Shown: in pieces, positions 25,601 through 38,719 of the stretch
How the letters are laid out: every line of letters starts with the position of its first letter
Numbering within the stretch: position 1 is the first letter of the stretch
NCBI RefSeq assembly: GCF_036321535.1
Contig: NC_087437.1
Coordinates: 73,596,001-73,660,000 of the forward strand
DNA: 64,000 nt
Direction of reading: 5' to 3'
Source: Camelus dromedarius
Lineage: Eukaryota
Position numbers and translations under genes: made by a program
The notes under the pieces: generated by a model
Told to the model about the DNA's origin: nothing
The model's input: the letters and a program-made list of their open reading frames with translations, nothing else
Database searches by the model: none

Positions 25601-26139
25601 CAGGTTTCAGTAGGGATGAGGAGATAAATGGAAGATTCCATGGAAAAATTTAAGGGAACTAGAATATTTCTTTGGAATACCAGGGCATGGTGGTAAGGAA
25701 CAAGGTAAACAACATGAAGGAGGAAACAAAAGGCAAGGGAGAGGTCTAACCTGAATGGAAATGAGGCTATGTGGGGAAATGAGGGACTAGAGTATGAAGT
25801 TTGGAGATAGAAATAAAATAACAAAATTGAGACTGAAAAATCTGCACTACCCAGTGGATCTGTGGTCTGAGGCATTTCCTGGTGGACCCCACTTTGTTCC
25901 TCAGCTGACTGTGAAGGCCTTAGTGCCCCAACAGGAAGTGTGCCTCTGCTTTGTGGTTAGGTCACTGGCAGTTTGCTCTGTCTCTTTAAAAAGTCTATCT
26001 TTGGTAACCAGCAAGTAACTGCTTCTGGTTCACAAACTCCTCCCCTAAATTCTTTAGCCTCCATCCCCATCCATATGCTGAAACTTCTATCACCTGCAAA
26101 CTCTTTGTTGACACTCAGAGAACTTAAACACCACATCTG

Positions 26140-26250
26140 GCTGATTGCATGACTTCAGTAAATTGCTCAGCCTCGCCCAGGTGAAGTTTCCTCAGCTGTA
26201 AAATGAAGAGGCTGGGCTAGATGATGTCAAAGGTTCTTTGTGGCTCACTC
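26140..26250 (+). mobile_element. MIR3-like fragment
   Basis: agtttcctcagctgtaaaatgaagaggctgggctagatgatgtcaaaggttc. Confidence 0.65.
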
Positions 26251-27489
26251 TTTAATTATATCCTTAGCATAATCACTTTTGTAAGTTTGTTTTATATACA
26301 TTTGGAGAATATAAATAACATAAGCTGTTTGATGAATTACTCATCCAGTCCTTGGTCATGAAACCATTTCATATGCAGTATTAACAGACTCAGCAAGAGC
26401 TTTCAGACTGAACTAGGAGTGTTAGACAGGTAGTGTTCATGGGCAATTGTGGGTGAGGAGTTGTGGAAGCTGTGCTCAATCTTTCCAACCCAACTTACAT
26501 TTACCAAACTGATGATTTAAGCATTGGCAGCTAATGGTACTTGTTTTGCATTTGACTAGTAAAACTCTGTAGTAGAGGTAGTGTACATGAAATTCTAAAC
26601 TTTAACACCTAATATAGGGGCAAATCAAACACAGGCAGCATTTAGAGGGTAATTGTGATGAATGAGTAGGAATTAAAAGTCAATATCCTATTGTGGAAGT
26701 AACTCAGCTATTCGGATTTTAACAAAGACACTGTAGAGGTTCTCATGAAATATTCCTTATTTCTATACCAGGACTGATATTTAGCTGTGGCTCTACAGGA
26801 TTTAAAATATTGAGATGCTTTTAAGTCTCCTGAGAGTCCTCCCAATATCCTGGCTGCCTGGGCCCCGTTCTTGGGACTTTCTGAACCTCCTTATGACTCA
26901 GCGGCTAAAGGTGTAATGCCTGGAGTGCCTGCTCCCACGCAGTGGCTGACACTGTCTGTGTGTCTGGGTTATATAGGTGATCACATACTTCTATTTTAAC
27001 TCCTGTTCATCCTTAGAAGTGTTTTGTTTTAAAAAAATTTTTTTAATGAGTTACCAATATTTAAACATTAGGATATTTCAAATAAAATCGAAATTTACCG
27101 TTTTTCTTGATAAATCAGAAGAACTGTGGGGACTAAGTCTGAATTCCAACATGGCAACAATTGTCCAGAGCTGCATAATTACTGCCATCTCGAGGTTAAT
27201 AGGACATCCTCCAATTCCCACCCCTAAAAAAACAGAGGTGCTTTATTTACTTATGTTATCTGCTTTGCTCTTAAAGGAAGGAAGTTTATCCCTGTTGACC
27301 TATAAGTCATTATTATTATCCCCTTTGCTGTCAAAAATGCCCTGGTGTAGATGAGCAATTACATGGTCATGCTATTCAGAGAGATCTGAATCTGTGTTCT
27401 CTAATGTAAGGAGAGGATACAATTAACTATGAAGAATGTGTATACTTAAATAATACTATTTTTAATTTTGGATGTAGTTATTTGTATAC

Positions 27490-28430
27490 AAATTTTATTA
27501 AGCAGCTACTACTTGTAAGGCACTGTACCAGAAGCTGGGGATGGAGTAAGATCAAGAAGAAACATGCTTTCTTTTCTTAAAAATTATGAACTCTATTGGA
27601 AAAGTTAGACAACTATACAAGAATTAAAGTCGATGAGTAATAACTTAGAAGAAATAAAGGGTTTATGGGACCATATGGAGTAGAACCTAAATTTGTCTAT
27701 AAACAAGGGGAGGCTTCCATAAAGAAGCAGAAATCTGAAGGATGTTAACGATGTCTCAGGTTGGAGGGGAACAGAATGGGAGAAGGATTCCAGAGAGAGG
27801 GAAATACGTACATGAAGGTCTCACTATGAGAGTGTGGCAGGTCAAAGAATGAGAAATAAAAATCTCTGTGTCACACCAGAATAGGCTGGTCTAGGAGGGG
27901 GAAATAAGGAATGAGACTGGCGATGTAGGTGGGGACTTGCAAGCCATGTTAAAGAATTGATCATTTATTATAAGGGCAATGGGCAAAGATTTTGGCAGGG
28001 GAGTAAAGGGACCATATTTATGTTTAGCAAGGTGATTCTAAAGCAAACTGTAGAGCAGATGAGAGGGTTAGGAGGTAGTTCCAGTAATTCAGGATGACAG
28101 TGGTGGTATGGCCTAGAACAGAGACAGTGAGATGGGGGGACATGGGTATCCCAAGAAGTATTTAGGAGATAAATTGGCAATATGTAGTGGTTAATTGAAT
28201 ACTGGAGGTGACACATGGGGAGAAATAAAGGATGGCTGCTAGATTTCCAGCTTGGAAAATAAAGCAGATGGAGCTGTCTTTCACTGAGATAGGGAAGGCT
28301 TGAGAAAAAAAGTAGGTTTGGAGGTGAGGGGATGATGAGTCAGTTTTGGACAAGCTGAGTGTGGAGTGCTATGAGACACCTAGGCGAAGATGTCCAATGG
28401 GTAGTTGGATATATACTGGATTGGATTGTA
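27490..28430 (-). mobile_element. LINE-2 3' region
   Basis: tttattaagcagctactac...ggcactgt; ggtgattctaaagc; cttcactgagatagggaag; tcagttttggacaagctgagt; gatgtccaatgggtagttggatat. Confidence 0.85.
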
Positions 28431-29879
28431 GCTATACAAGAGGACAGGCTAGGACTATAGTTCTACCAATCACCTATGGATGAGAACAATCTTAATACAT
28501 CTTGTAGATGGAAATAATCACGATAAAATGTGATAAGGATTATAATAGAAGAATGCATCAAGGAATGGCAGAATCAACATTATTTGATGAGAGAAATACC
28601 ATTATTTACTATGTATAAAACATAAAGAAAATGTTTTCAAGAGAAGATGCTTATGAAAGATTAGATTGGACAATCAATAGAGGAGGTTGTGGGATTAAAG
28701 GGGCTTTGTTCATTTGTTTTAGATAAATGACTCATTGATCATGTTTAAATGTTGATGGAGAGAAAACAGTAGAAAAAGAGAGGCTGAGGATCCTGGTGAG
28801 AAAGCAGAAGGGAGACCAGGATAAAAGGAAGCTGAGAGGAGTTGATAAAACTGAATCAACAACTCTACATACTGAGTTAAAATTCTTTTCTTGATTCAGA
28901 GGATGTATCTTCTGTTAATTATAAATTACGTGATTAGCTTTGTAAGTATTACTATAACAGAAACAAACAAATCTAGTGCACTTAAAATCCATTTACAAAC
29001 AGCCCATTCTCCTGTCAAAAAGACATTTTTTTTTTCATCTGAGTTTGTCTTCTGGGTCACCACATTGATGACAACTTCAAGTTTTATAAAGTTAAATATA
29101 TTCACTTGGAATATTGCTGGCTCCATTAACAGCTACTTTCCCTTCTTCCTGGATTCTTGCAAGGTAGCTCTCAGATTTTTTCAGGACATTCTCTCTAATG
29201 TTCACATCACCTGCACTTACCCCTAGTTTCTCAATTCTTATTCAGTTAACCTGACAATGCATACACATTAAACCCATGGAAATGAAATCAAAGCACCTTT
29301 CTTTCTTCCTGGAAGTCAGGAGGTAAAACTTAAATCATTAACTGACCTCTGTTTTCAGGTAGGCATTGAAGAGTGGCTTCATTTTTCTGGAGGCTAACAG
29401 AATCAACACACCACCGTCAGAGTAGGCAAGACATCAAATGAAAGGGAACCAAAGAGAATAACATCACTTTTGTACTTAGCCCCTTTTTTAAAGGAACTCA
29501 AGGGACACCACATGCATACACTCATTAATATCTCAGAATGCTCTCATGCTGTGGAAAGCATTTTATAGTTAGAGCAAGGAGCTATTTGAATTGTGTTAGG
29601 AAAGTTTAGCACTATAACCCAAACTAGAACAAGAATTCTTAACTCTTGGTGGTTTAACACTGGTTACATTGATTGAGAAAGTTCCTGTGCTAGAACATAA
29701 AAATCAGTGCAAAAATAATAGAATAATCCAGTATTTTGACTAAAGCATCAGCAAGTCATTGGAGAATAAATTATATTTTTGTAGTTTGTTTGGGATCTCC
29801 TGGTCCTAGCATACATAGCTCCTGTTTTCTGCAATAATCTGTTCTTATCAGATCCCTCTTCTCCTATGCAGAAGGGAAT

Positions 29880-30065
29880 GGAAGCAGAGTCTGGAATCAC
29901 AGATGTGGATTCCATTTCCAGGTTGATCACTATGGGATCTTGGATATTTTATTTAAGCTTAGTTCTCTCATTTGTAAAAAGGGTAAAAAAATACTCTCTC
30001 TCGTACAGTTACAGTGAACATTAAATAAGATTACTGTAGGGCCTGACATATGATGGAAACTCCAT
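29880..30065 (+). mobile_element. MIR SINE (diverged)
   Basis: cttagttctctcatttgtaaaaaggg core, then cattaaataagat. Confidence 0.6.
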
Positions 30066-30964
30066 AGTGATCTGTTTTTCTCCTTCTTGCAAATGGAAAT
30101 TAAATTTGCAGGCTAATGTACTTTCTCCTCTCCCTGCATCCTCCCATCCTGTCGTGCCCCAAATAATCATTGTTCTTTATATATTCCCAACTCAATATTC
30201 CCTACTCCACCTCTGATTCTTTTATCTTTCAATATTTATATAGCATCTGAATAAGAAAGGTAGGGAATATTACTTTTATGAATACAGAGCCCAATTTATA
30301 GAAACCAATCTCTTTCATCTTTCTAAAAGCATTTTCAGGAGTAGGAGATCAAGTCTGTATTAAGGTACACCACATCAGCAAACTAAAGAGAAAATTTTGG
30401 CTCAGAATTTTAAATTTTTATCAAAGAAGTTATATAATATTATATGTGTTAAGTTGACTTAGCACTGATTTTAAAATCTGGCAGTTAAAATACATACTCA
30501 ATAATTCAGAGATAGACTTATAAATTGTTCACACTTTCTTTAGCTCTTTTTCCCTATTGGATAATGAAAAATTGATACACAAAATCCCTTCCAGGATGAC
30601 TTCAAATTTCTAGAATGATTGCTTTGGTAAATAGTTTTTTTTTTTTTACTTATATTGAAAGGTGTAAATTTTACTTTTGAAATATATTCTCTAAAGATAG
30701 AAAACCAGGTTACCAGAAGAGGGACAGAGGGTGCCCTTTCTACTTAATATAAAAATATCTTTCATATTAGCCATTTGAGGGATGGGGATGGCGTGGAAGG
30801 CAGAGCTGGCCTAACAACGATTGCTCATTTAACTTCCGTCGGGCAAAGTAGACTCATTATTTATCCTGACCCACATCATTACTGTCACCTACCTAAGTGC
30901 TTCATTTTCTACACCCACAAGTCATACAATTGTACAGCAAGAAGAATAATTAACTATTAAAGTA

Positions 30965-31120
30965 GAGGGAAGGTATAGTTCAGTGGTAGAGTGTGTGCTT
31001 AGCATGCACAAGGTCCTGGGTTCATTTGATCCCCAGTACCTCTGTTAAATAAATAAACAAACAAAAATAAACCTAATTGCCTCCCACCCAAAGCAAAATT
31101 TTAAAAAAATTTTTAAAAAG
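30965..31120 (+). mobile_element. tRNA-derived SINE, camelid Vic-1-like
   Basis: gagggaaggtatagttcagtggtagagtgtgtgcttagcatgcacaaggtcctgggttc; TSD tattaaagta (30955-30964, 31121-31130). Confidence 0.92.
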
Positions 31121-32209
31121 TATTAAAGTAGTAGTTTAAGCTTTTGGTATCATTTTTCCTGTACTAGTAAATCTTATGGAAAACACTAAAATATTTAATT
31201 CTTAAAAAATTAAATATCAATTTAATTCTTCAGTGATTGGGTAGTATTTCTCATTTATGTGCTTATTAGAGTGTAATTTGATGGACGTGAAAAACTGGAC
31301 ATCTTTCTTGGGCTCAATAATTTTGCACTTATAATAGTTATTCAATAAATATTTGGTGACTGAATGCATAGATGGATGAATAAGTGAATGAAAGCTTTAA
31401 TGACGTTAATACTAAGTATTTACTCACCAGCTTCAAGAATTCCTGGTTGGCAGGTGCCTATATTTTCTAGTCACTGCAACCTGTTTGATCTCTTGTTCTG
31501 ATGAAGATAAAGAGGAAGAGAAGAGAAGACAAGACAATTATAGGTAATAATAGAACAGCAAAATTCCTGAAAATTTTTACATTTCTAGGAGCTATCAGCT
31601 CTTACTGTTGGCCTTTTCCAGAACAGAAAGTGTTTAACACTAGCTGCACTCATTACAGCTGTTATTATAGGGTAGGAAGAGAGGCATAGTTCTACCTGAA
31701 ACACCTGTGCGTCCAACTCAGTCTATTTGTCGGACTTATTCCTGAAACAATGCTTTTGAATAATTTGTAATCATTGCTTTATCTTCAGAGCATATGCAGG
31801 CATTTAATTATAGTGTATAGTGATTTGGAGGTTTTATTTTGGTAAATAACTTGCCAATCAGAGGATAGAAACCTGAAACTTTAAGTCCCAAATGGTTTTA
31901 TAGTGTGGAAAAATGACTAACTTATAAGAAATGTTTACAACAATTACATAAACACTTGACTTAGTAATTAGTTTCAGACAATCATCTGCTTTAAGGGAAC
32001 ATAGATTTGTCTAATTTCTCACCATATTAACAAGACTGTATGTTCAGTGAATCAAAAAATATGGGCTGTAAATTGTCTTAAGAATAGTTACTGCAGCTTT
32101 TTCTCAGGCAGATTGTTCTAATACCTCTCCCAGTGCTTCTTTAAAGGGAACATTTTTTCTTAAAATTGCATTAAAGTAATATGGAATTTAAAAAAAAGAA
32201 ATGTGCATA

Positions 32210-32372
32210 GAATTGACTATTGAACAACAGTGGGGTTAATCCATATATAATTTATATTTGGCCCTCTGTACCCATGGGTTCATCAGTGTAGTCCTGTAGT
32301 ATTTACTATTGAAAAGGATCCTTGTATAAGTAGACCCCTGCAGTTCAAACCTATTTGATGAAGGGTCAACTG
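32210..32372 (-). mobile_element. Tigger2-derived MITE (Tc1/mariner)
   Basis: Terminal inverted repeats gaattgactattgaacaaca / tgatgaagggtcaactg, flanked by TA on each side. Confidence 0.8.
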
Positions 32373-32470
32373 TACTTTAGTTTTTAGATATTTATGTAAT
32401 ATCTATATCTAATCCATATCTATGTGTGTTTATATGGACATATAATTAATAACAAGTGTATGCAGATTTT

Positions 32471-32492
32471 TGTGTGTGTGTGTGTGTGTGTG
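32471..32492. repeat. (TG)11 microsatellite
   Basis: Perfect dinucleotide run. Confidence 0.95.
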
Positions 32493-33289
32493 TATTAGCT
32501 TTTCATTTCAGTGATCTGCTTTTTTGAAGTAGTAACTCATTTCTTTGGTTGAGTGATGTCTCATTTTAAAGAACACAGTTTGCATTTCTGTAATGAGATT
32601 CTTGTCCCAGAAATTGATAGAATGTATTTAAAGCTATCATAGAATTTAGGTAGTTCCGGAGGACTTGGAGCACATTTAAACGTATTTTTCTATATTTGTG
32701 ATTGTAGAAACTTCCTTTTATATGTGTACTGCTATATTAAGGCATACAATGCTGATTTCTTTTAAATATTTATAAGAGAATTACTTATTTTAACTCATAA
32801 GGAAAAACAACGCTTAGCATAGCACTCTGAAAGATTTTCTGGGCAGATGAGGTGAACAAAAAGCAAAATCTTTAGTGTCAATGCAACTCCTCGTTGCAAG
32901 CATTTTAATATAAACACTGCACCTTACCTGTGTGGCATTGCTAGGGAAATACAGGGCCCAGCTCTTGATCGTGTCTTTACAACCTAGACCAGTTCTCTGT
33001 CCTTCTCCCTTGTTTCCCAGCTGCCTTAGAGATACAACTTCCTTCCCCGTTCTTATTAAAACTCCCACTGCGCAATCAGTTTCTTCAGGGTTGTCTCTAC
33101 CCAAGATTGCTTGTGAATGTTGGCCTTGTACCCTAACTTGTTCAGTTCTATTGAAAACAAACATCCAGATCTTTTCCTCTTTAAGATTTTGGCCACAGAA
33201 TAACTTTGGGCAAAGCAGAACCTTGGAGTGGTTGCCGTGGGGGCATCTTCTCTCCAGCTCTTTACAGTATAGGCAGTAATTAACTACAC

Positions 33290-33432
33290 TTTATCTTATT
33301 TGGTTATCACAATAGGGAGGTGATTATTTCCCCCCACTTTACAGAAGAGGAAGAGAGAGCAAGAATAAGTAATTGATTTGTCCACTAATCTCTTGTATAT
33401 TAGAACTTGAACCCAAGTATCTGACTCCTAAG
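33290..33432 (-). mobile_element. MIR fragment
   Basis: attatttccccccactttacagaagaggaa...cttgaacccaagtatctgactcc. Confidence 0.65.
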
Positions 33433-34587
33433 TATGAAACTCATTGATATTTATGTATATTTGCTGTTTTCTGTAATTTGGAATCTATTCCTTTGAAGTG
33501 TAATCTGTGGTTCTGAATAGTACATAATATTCTCCAGGCTTCGGGAGAATGTGAGAAGTGTAGCCCCTTCTGGAAACTTGAGACTGGTTATGGTTTTTTT
33601 TTTTAATTTTCATAAATATCCCTAAAATTTTACTCTAGGTGAGCACAATGTTAGATTTAGGGGAGATTTGGATTAGCTCCAGTCAGGGAAAGACAGAGGA
33701 CCGAGAAGTACAGCTGAAGGCAATGGACGTAAACCCTCTTACAGGACATAAGAAAGGAGCATGTTAGGGAGCACTGACTGGCAGCTAGCTTCTGCCATTT
33801 GGTTCCTTGGTGAGTCTGCTCTGGGTTCCTAAAATAGAAAATTGTACGCAGTAATGTGGGGGCTTGTGGGGCCTGAAGAGGTGTACTTAATCAAACTACA
33901 GTGCCCACACGGACCACAGAACAGGACCTCTTCTTCCTCAGACATGTGGAGCTTTAACCTCCCTTTGCATTTGCACATCCTGGCTCCCTCTGAGAGCACC
34001 CATGGGGACAGCAGAGTTGTCAGGAGGACTTCCCTGACAGCAGGGAAGAGAGCTGGGGTTAGGGGCTGGAGTGGGCTAGGGTGGGGCCAGATTCTGCACA
34101 CTAGCCCACTAGCCAGGATCATGACCATTCTTCTTTCCATTGCCCACAAACTGATCTCAGAAAGTCTCAGTTAATGCAATTCAACCCTCAAGCATTTTCA
34201 CCAAATGCTTCCTCTTCAAGGCAATTATTACACAACATAGTAACCAAGAATTTCATATATCCTAAAAAATCGACCACACAATTTGCATATTTGCCTATCA
34301 TGTTCAAACATTGCAATGATGCTGTATATGATAAAATTTTAAATAAATAATTATGCATCATTTTCAGTGTTTCTTAAAGTAATATATATGTCTACCTAGT
34401 AATTCCTAAAAGCTTCTTTGTTCATAAAAAGTCATTTTTTCTTAAAAAATATTAGAAAATAGCAAAATAAAAACACATGTAAAAATTATAATTAATAAAG
34501 ATCAAAAATTTGAATAAAAATTAATTTTAAAAAGTTAAAAAAAATTAAAAAGCCCACCATTCAACAGCTCAGTGGTTGTCTAGTTGG

Positions 34588-35149
34588 TGTATTAATCATA
34601 TCTTTTATTTTCTTTATCCTGATGCTCTGATATCTGGGTCCTGGGAGGAACACCTCTTCCCAGGGTTAGCCAATAGCTAAAAATAGTAAACAATTCACCC
34701 ATGAGTGTACTTTTCAAATAAAAGCTAACCAATCCAGAGTCCACACCCCTACCACCTCCTTTATTGAATTTTCACACCCTGGGTCACTATCCATCTGCCT
34801 TAATCTCCCAGGTACCAGATAGCTTGGGGCAGCCTCTATGCTTCAGAACCCACTGAAATTATTCAAATTGCCCAATCCTAAGCCTGGTTACTCTGTGTTA
34901 CCATTTTTTTCCCATTGAAACTGCAGTGTGGTTATGATCCACAGTAAAGGCTCTTGCCCGTGGTTCTCTCTCTCTCCCTCTGCCTCCTGACCAGCCCTGG
35001 TGCTTCCCCATGTGGCCCTGAATGGTATTGTGCACCCCTTCCTCTTGGGAATTGTGAGCAGTAAACTATCTTTTCAATGGTAATCACTTCCTGATCTGCT
35101 GGCCTTGCTATAACTAAAGTTTTCTATCACTACCCTATATTTTAAAACT
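34588..35149 (+). mobile_element. ERVL solo LTR, MER74-like
   Basis: tgtattaatcat...cccagggttagccaat...aaccaatccagagtccacacccc...taaaggctcttgccc; perfect 5-bp TSD gttgg. Confidence 0.88.
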
Positions 35150-36099
35150 GTTGGCAATGTAAAGAACTGGTATGGTGCTTCTAGTCCCCACTTTGTGTCC
35201 TATAGAGAGTAATTAGGCCCTTGGCCCCTTCTTCTTACTCTGGTGTCTGAGTCTATTATGATGCTTCTTTCTGGGACCAGGTTTCTTCAATGGTAGGGAT
35301 TTTTGTCATTCCATCCATGCAGAAGAGGACAGACAGAATGTGCACTGTATCTCCTTCATAGTGCAATTAACAGAAGACTCCCAAGGAATTTCAGAAACCT
35401 TTGTTTGTGCCCCTAATGATTGAAAGTTCACCATCACCAACAAAAACTTATATTAAATACTGATATTTACAAGAAATTTCATGCCAGTAAGGAACACACT
35501 AGAGTGAAGAAATCAAGTCAAGGGCCTAATTAGTCAATACCTGATTCAAATAGGGATTTAGTTATAAGAAATAATTAAAAAATTATCTTGGTGCCTAGAA
35601 CCAGGATAAAAGCCCAGAGAAGAAAAGCAGTGAGTCAGCTTTGAAGAGGAGCTATTTGACCATGGTTGAACCTAGTTTTGTATTAGACCTTTGTGGAGAT
35701 CACATTTTTCTAAAGTACTAGATAGGACTATGCTTACAGGAGTAGGTAAGTAACACCAGTGGGTAGATTAAGAAAAATGAAAGATATATGAAGATGTAAT
35801 GAGACTGATCAATATAATTAAGTTGGGCAGGGGGGAAACACTTACCCAAAAGACATTGCCAATTGGTTCAAATATTGTCCCCCAAATTACTGGCAATGTG
35901 AACAAAATATATTGGATAAACTCTCCAAGCCTTACTTGTATGATGTAGAAAAAAGATATAATAATGCTTTACACACACAGTTTTAGTCAAAGTTACAAAA
36001 ATTAAGAAAAATTAAAGGAGACAACCAGATGACACAGTGTTATGTATGTATGCAGTAGGTACTCAGTAAATATTTCTTTCTTTTCATCCTGACTATAAC

Positions 36100-36260
36100 A
36101 CTAACTAGCATAATAACCATGAGTAAATTCCTTGATATCTGTGCCTCACTTTCTTCAGGATAATGATGGAAACCACTTTATAGTTTGCTGTGAGGATTAA
36201 ATGAAGTAATACGTGTAAATCTGCCTTAAGAAGTACTTGTTATAAGTATTAAATAATGTC
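36100..36260 (+). mobile_element. MIR fragment
   Basis: tctgtgcctcactttcttc...tgctgtgaggattaaatgaagtaatacgtgtaaa. Confidence 0.7.
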
Positions 36261-36730
36261 CACTGAATTTTTATTTTCTTCTTTTGGAACTGCCTCAGGA
36301 AATCATGGTACATTCTTTTTAAATATCTGGATGTTTATCTTTAGAAGTGTATATGGATATTTCTAGATAGACATGTTACTATAAAATAATGTCTTAAATT
36401 TTTGTTATGGCTTATAAAAATTCTTAAATTGGGAGATTAAAATGCTGATACTAAGAACACAGGTCTAAGGGGATAATTGATCTTAGTAGAGTTTTATACC
36501 ACAAAAATACATAACCTGGAAGATGCAAAAGTCAGAGTGTTTAAAAAGGATTTCAGTTAATGGCCAAGTTTTTAAATAAAATATTGAAAGAGAAGGACTG
36601 ATGTACTGATCAAGGCTCAGAATTTGGAAGTCCTATGACTCTCTTCCCAGGGTGGATGTTGGGGAAGTGGGGGAAAGGCAAGGACACTCATGTGGTGAGT
36701 GGAAGATGTGGGGCTCGCTGTGTTTCCCCT

Positions 36731-37198
36731 CACATAATTTGCTAGGGATCCACAACAAAGTACCACAAACCAGATGACTTAACGGGAATGTATGGTTTCA
36801 TCGTTCTAGAGGCTAGAAGTCCCAATGTCTGGATGTCAGGAGGATTGGTGACTTCTTATGGTTGTGAAAGAGAACCTGTTCCATGTTTCCTGCTTAGCTA
36901 CTGGTTGTTTGTTGGCAACTTTTGGTGCTTCTTGGTTTGTGCAAGCATTTCTGTGCCTCATCTTCAATCTCTGCCTTCACCTTCACATGTGTTCTCTCTG
37001 TGTGCACATCCCTATGGCAAATTTCCCCTTTTCATAAGGAACCGAGTTATATAGGATTAAGACCCACCTTAATGATCTCATCTGAACTAATTATATCTGC
37101 AGTGACCCTATTTCCAAATAAGGTCACATTCTGAGGTGCTGAGGGTTAGGACTTCAATATGTGGATTTGGAGTTAGGAAGACAGTTCAATACATAACA
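36731..37198 (-). mobile_element. MaLR solo LTR, MLT1C-like
   Basis: aaagtaccacaaacc, ttctagaggctagaagtcc, ccctatttccaaataaggtcacattctgaggt; ends cataaca; TSD cccct/ctcct. Confidence 0.9.
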
Positions 37199-37537
37199 CT
37201 CCTGTTCAGGGAAAATCAGTTAGTAGTGGTACAAGAAGTCACTGGAATCCCAAAATTAGGCAGGAGATATGTATAAGACCCTATAGCAGGAACCTAATAA
37301 AGGTCTATGCTTACAGAAGACATGCGTACATTCTTACCTCCCTGCCTTCTCACCTAGAAAACACTTCCTGTTTTCTCCTTTATCCAAGTCCTGTCCTTTA
37401 AAACTGAGATCAATTTCCACCTTCTTCATGAAGGCTTCTTTGAGAACACCAGCCCTTTGGTTATTTCTATCACCTCTAAATTCCTACAGCCTTATTGTTA
37501 GGATACCTGATTTTTTTATTTTATGCATGCAAACCTA

Positions 37538-37615
37538 TATGCTTGACTCATATGAAATTGATAATATTAAACCACTTTTGACCAACAAAAACTGCAATTT
37601 CGTGCTTCACCCTAA
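37538..37615. mobile_element. MADE2 mariner-derived MITE
   Basis: ~80-bp palindromic element (catatgaaattg...ttttgacc...gcaatttc...cctaa), TA-flanked. Confidence 0.8.
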
Positions 37616-37624
37616 TACTTGCAT

Positions 37625-37870
37625 TATGGTAGTTAAGATCCTGAGACTCTGAACTTAGATTCTGTGCTAAATAGTAGATCTAGGACCCAGATCCTGGGCA
37701 AGGCAACTTCTTGTCTCTGTTTTCTTATGTGTAAAATGGAATGATAATATTACCAACCTCATGGGGTTGCTAGAAAAATTAACAAGCTTATATATATATG
37801 TATATGTTTATGATAGTGCAATAAGTGCTATAACACTCCATAACTGCTAGCAATTAGTTATTATTATTGC
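37625..37870 (+). mobile_element. MIR SINE
   Basis: gtagttaaga..., cctgggcaagg, tctctgttttcttatgtgtaaaatggaatgataat, acctcatggggttg. Confidence 0.75.
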
Positions 37871-38719
37871 TATTTACTTAATATTCATGTTTTATTTAGC
37901 ACAGTTTTTAGTATTTTACACATTTAATAAATATTTGTAGAAAGAGTGAGTTACTGAGTGAATATCTAATGTCTTCTCCATGACATATGCTCTAACACAA
38001 AGCAATATACAATGCAGATAATAAATGCTTGCTGCTGATTATTAATTAATCATTAATAATTCATTATGTTAATAATGGGAAAAATGAACTTAGAGTGAAG
38101 CTCTGTATAAGTCATAACCCCCGTAATTATATTCTGCTTTGCTTTTCTTCATGCTAAAATCTTTCAAACAAAGTTTTAACTCACTATAAATAAAATGTAT
38201 GCTCTGGATTGCAATCTAAATCAACCAGTCTGTCAGGTGCAGGCTCTTGGCAGGCCCTCCTTAGATTTCTCATGGTTAGTTTTCCATCATCAACAAGTAA
38301 AAGAACAAAGCAAAGTCTTTAACCAGTCACTGTGGCCCTTTGTGATGGAAGTGCACTGTAAGTTTACTTACCTGGAGTGTTTGCGACATTCTCTGAAGTC
38401 TAACTGGAGTCTTGTCAAATGACTGTCAACCCAAAACTAACTCAAGATTGGCCCTCTGACTCCTTACACTAGTATTAATCTATCCCAAAACTATGCACCT
38501 GATTTGAGGAAATTTGAATTTAAATTATAATATTTTAAAATCAACATTTTCTTGTGTTTTAGAGTAGCTGGTTAGGAATCAGTCTTGTGGCTGAAGCCCG
38601 TGTCCCTTACTTGATCTCACTTCCTAAAAAATCCTGTTCAATATCCATGCTGCTAGGAAATGGATTGCAACAGTGGGAGCAGTCCAGTTGTCTTGTATCT
38701 ATACAAATTCAGAAAACAT

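Noticed and set aside
25438..25875. 145-aa minus-strand ORF
   Set aside because: Low-complexity F/S/L-rich translation of purine-skewed, partly L2-derived DNA; no recognisable domain.
32814..34174. Two pairs of overlapping antiparallel ORFs of 106-116 aa
   Set aside because: Non-ATG starts in the track for several, no recognisable protein similarity, and lengths expected by chance in 64 kb.
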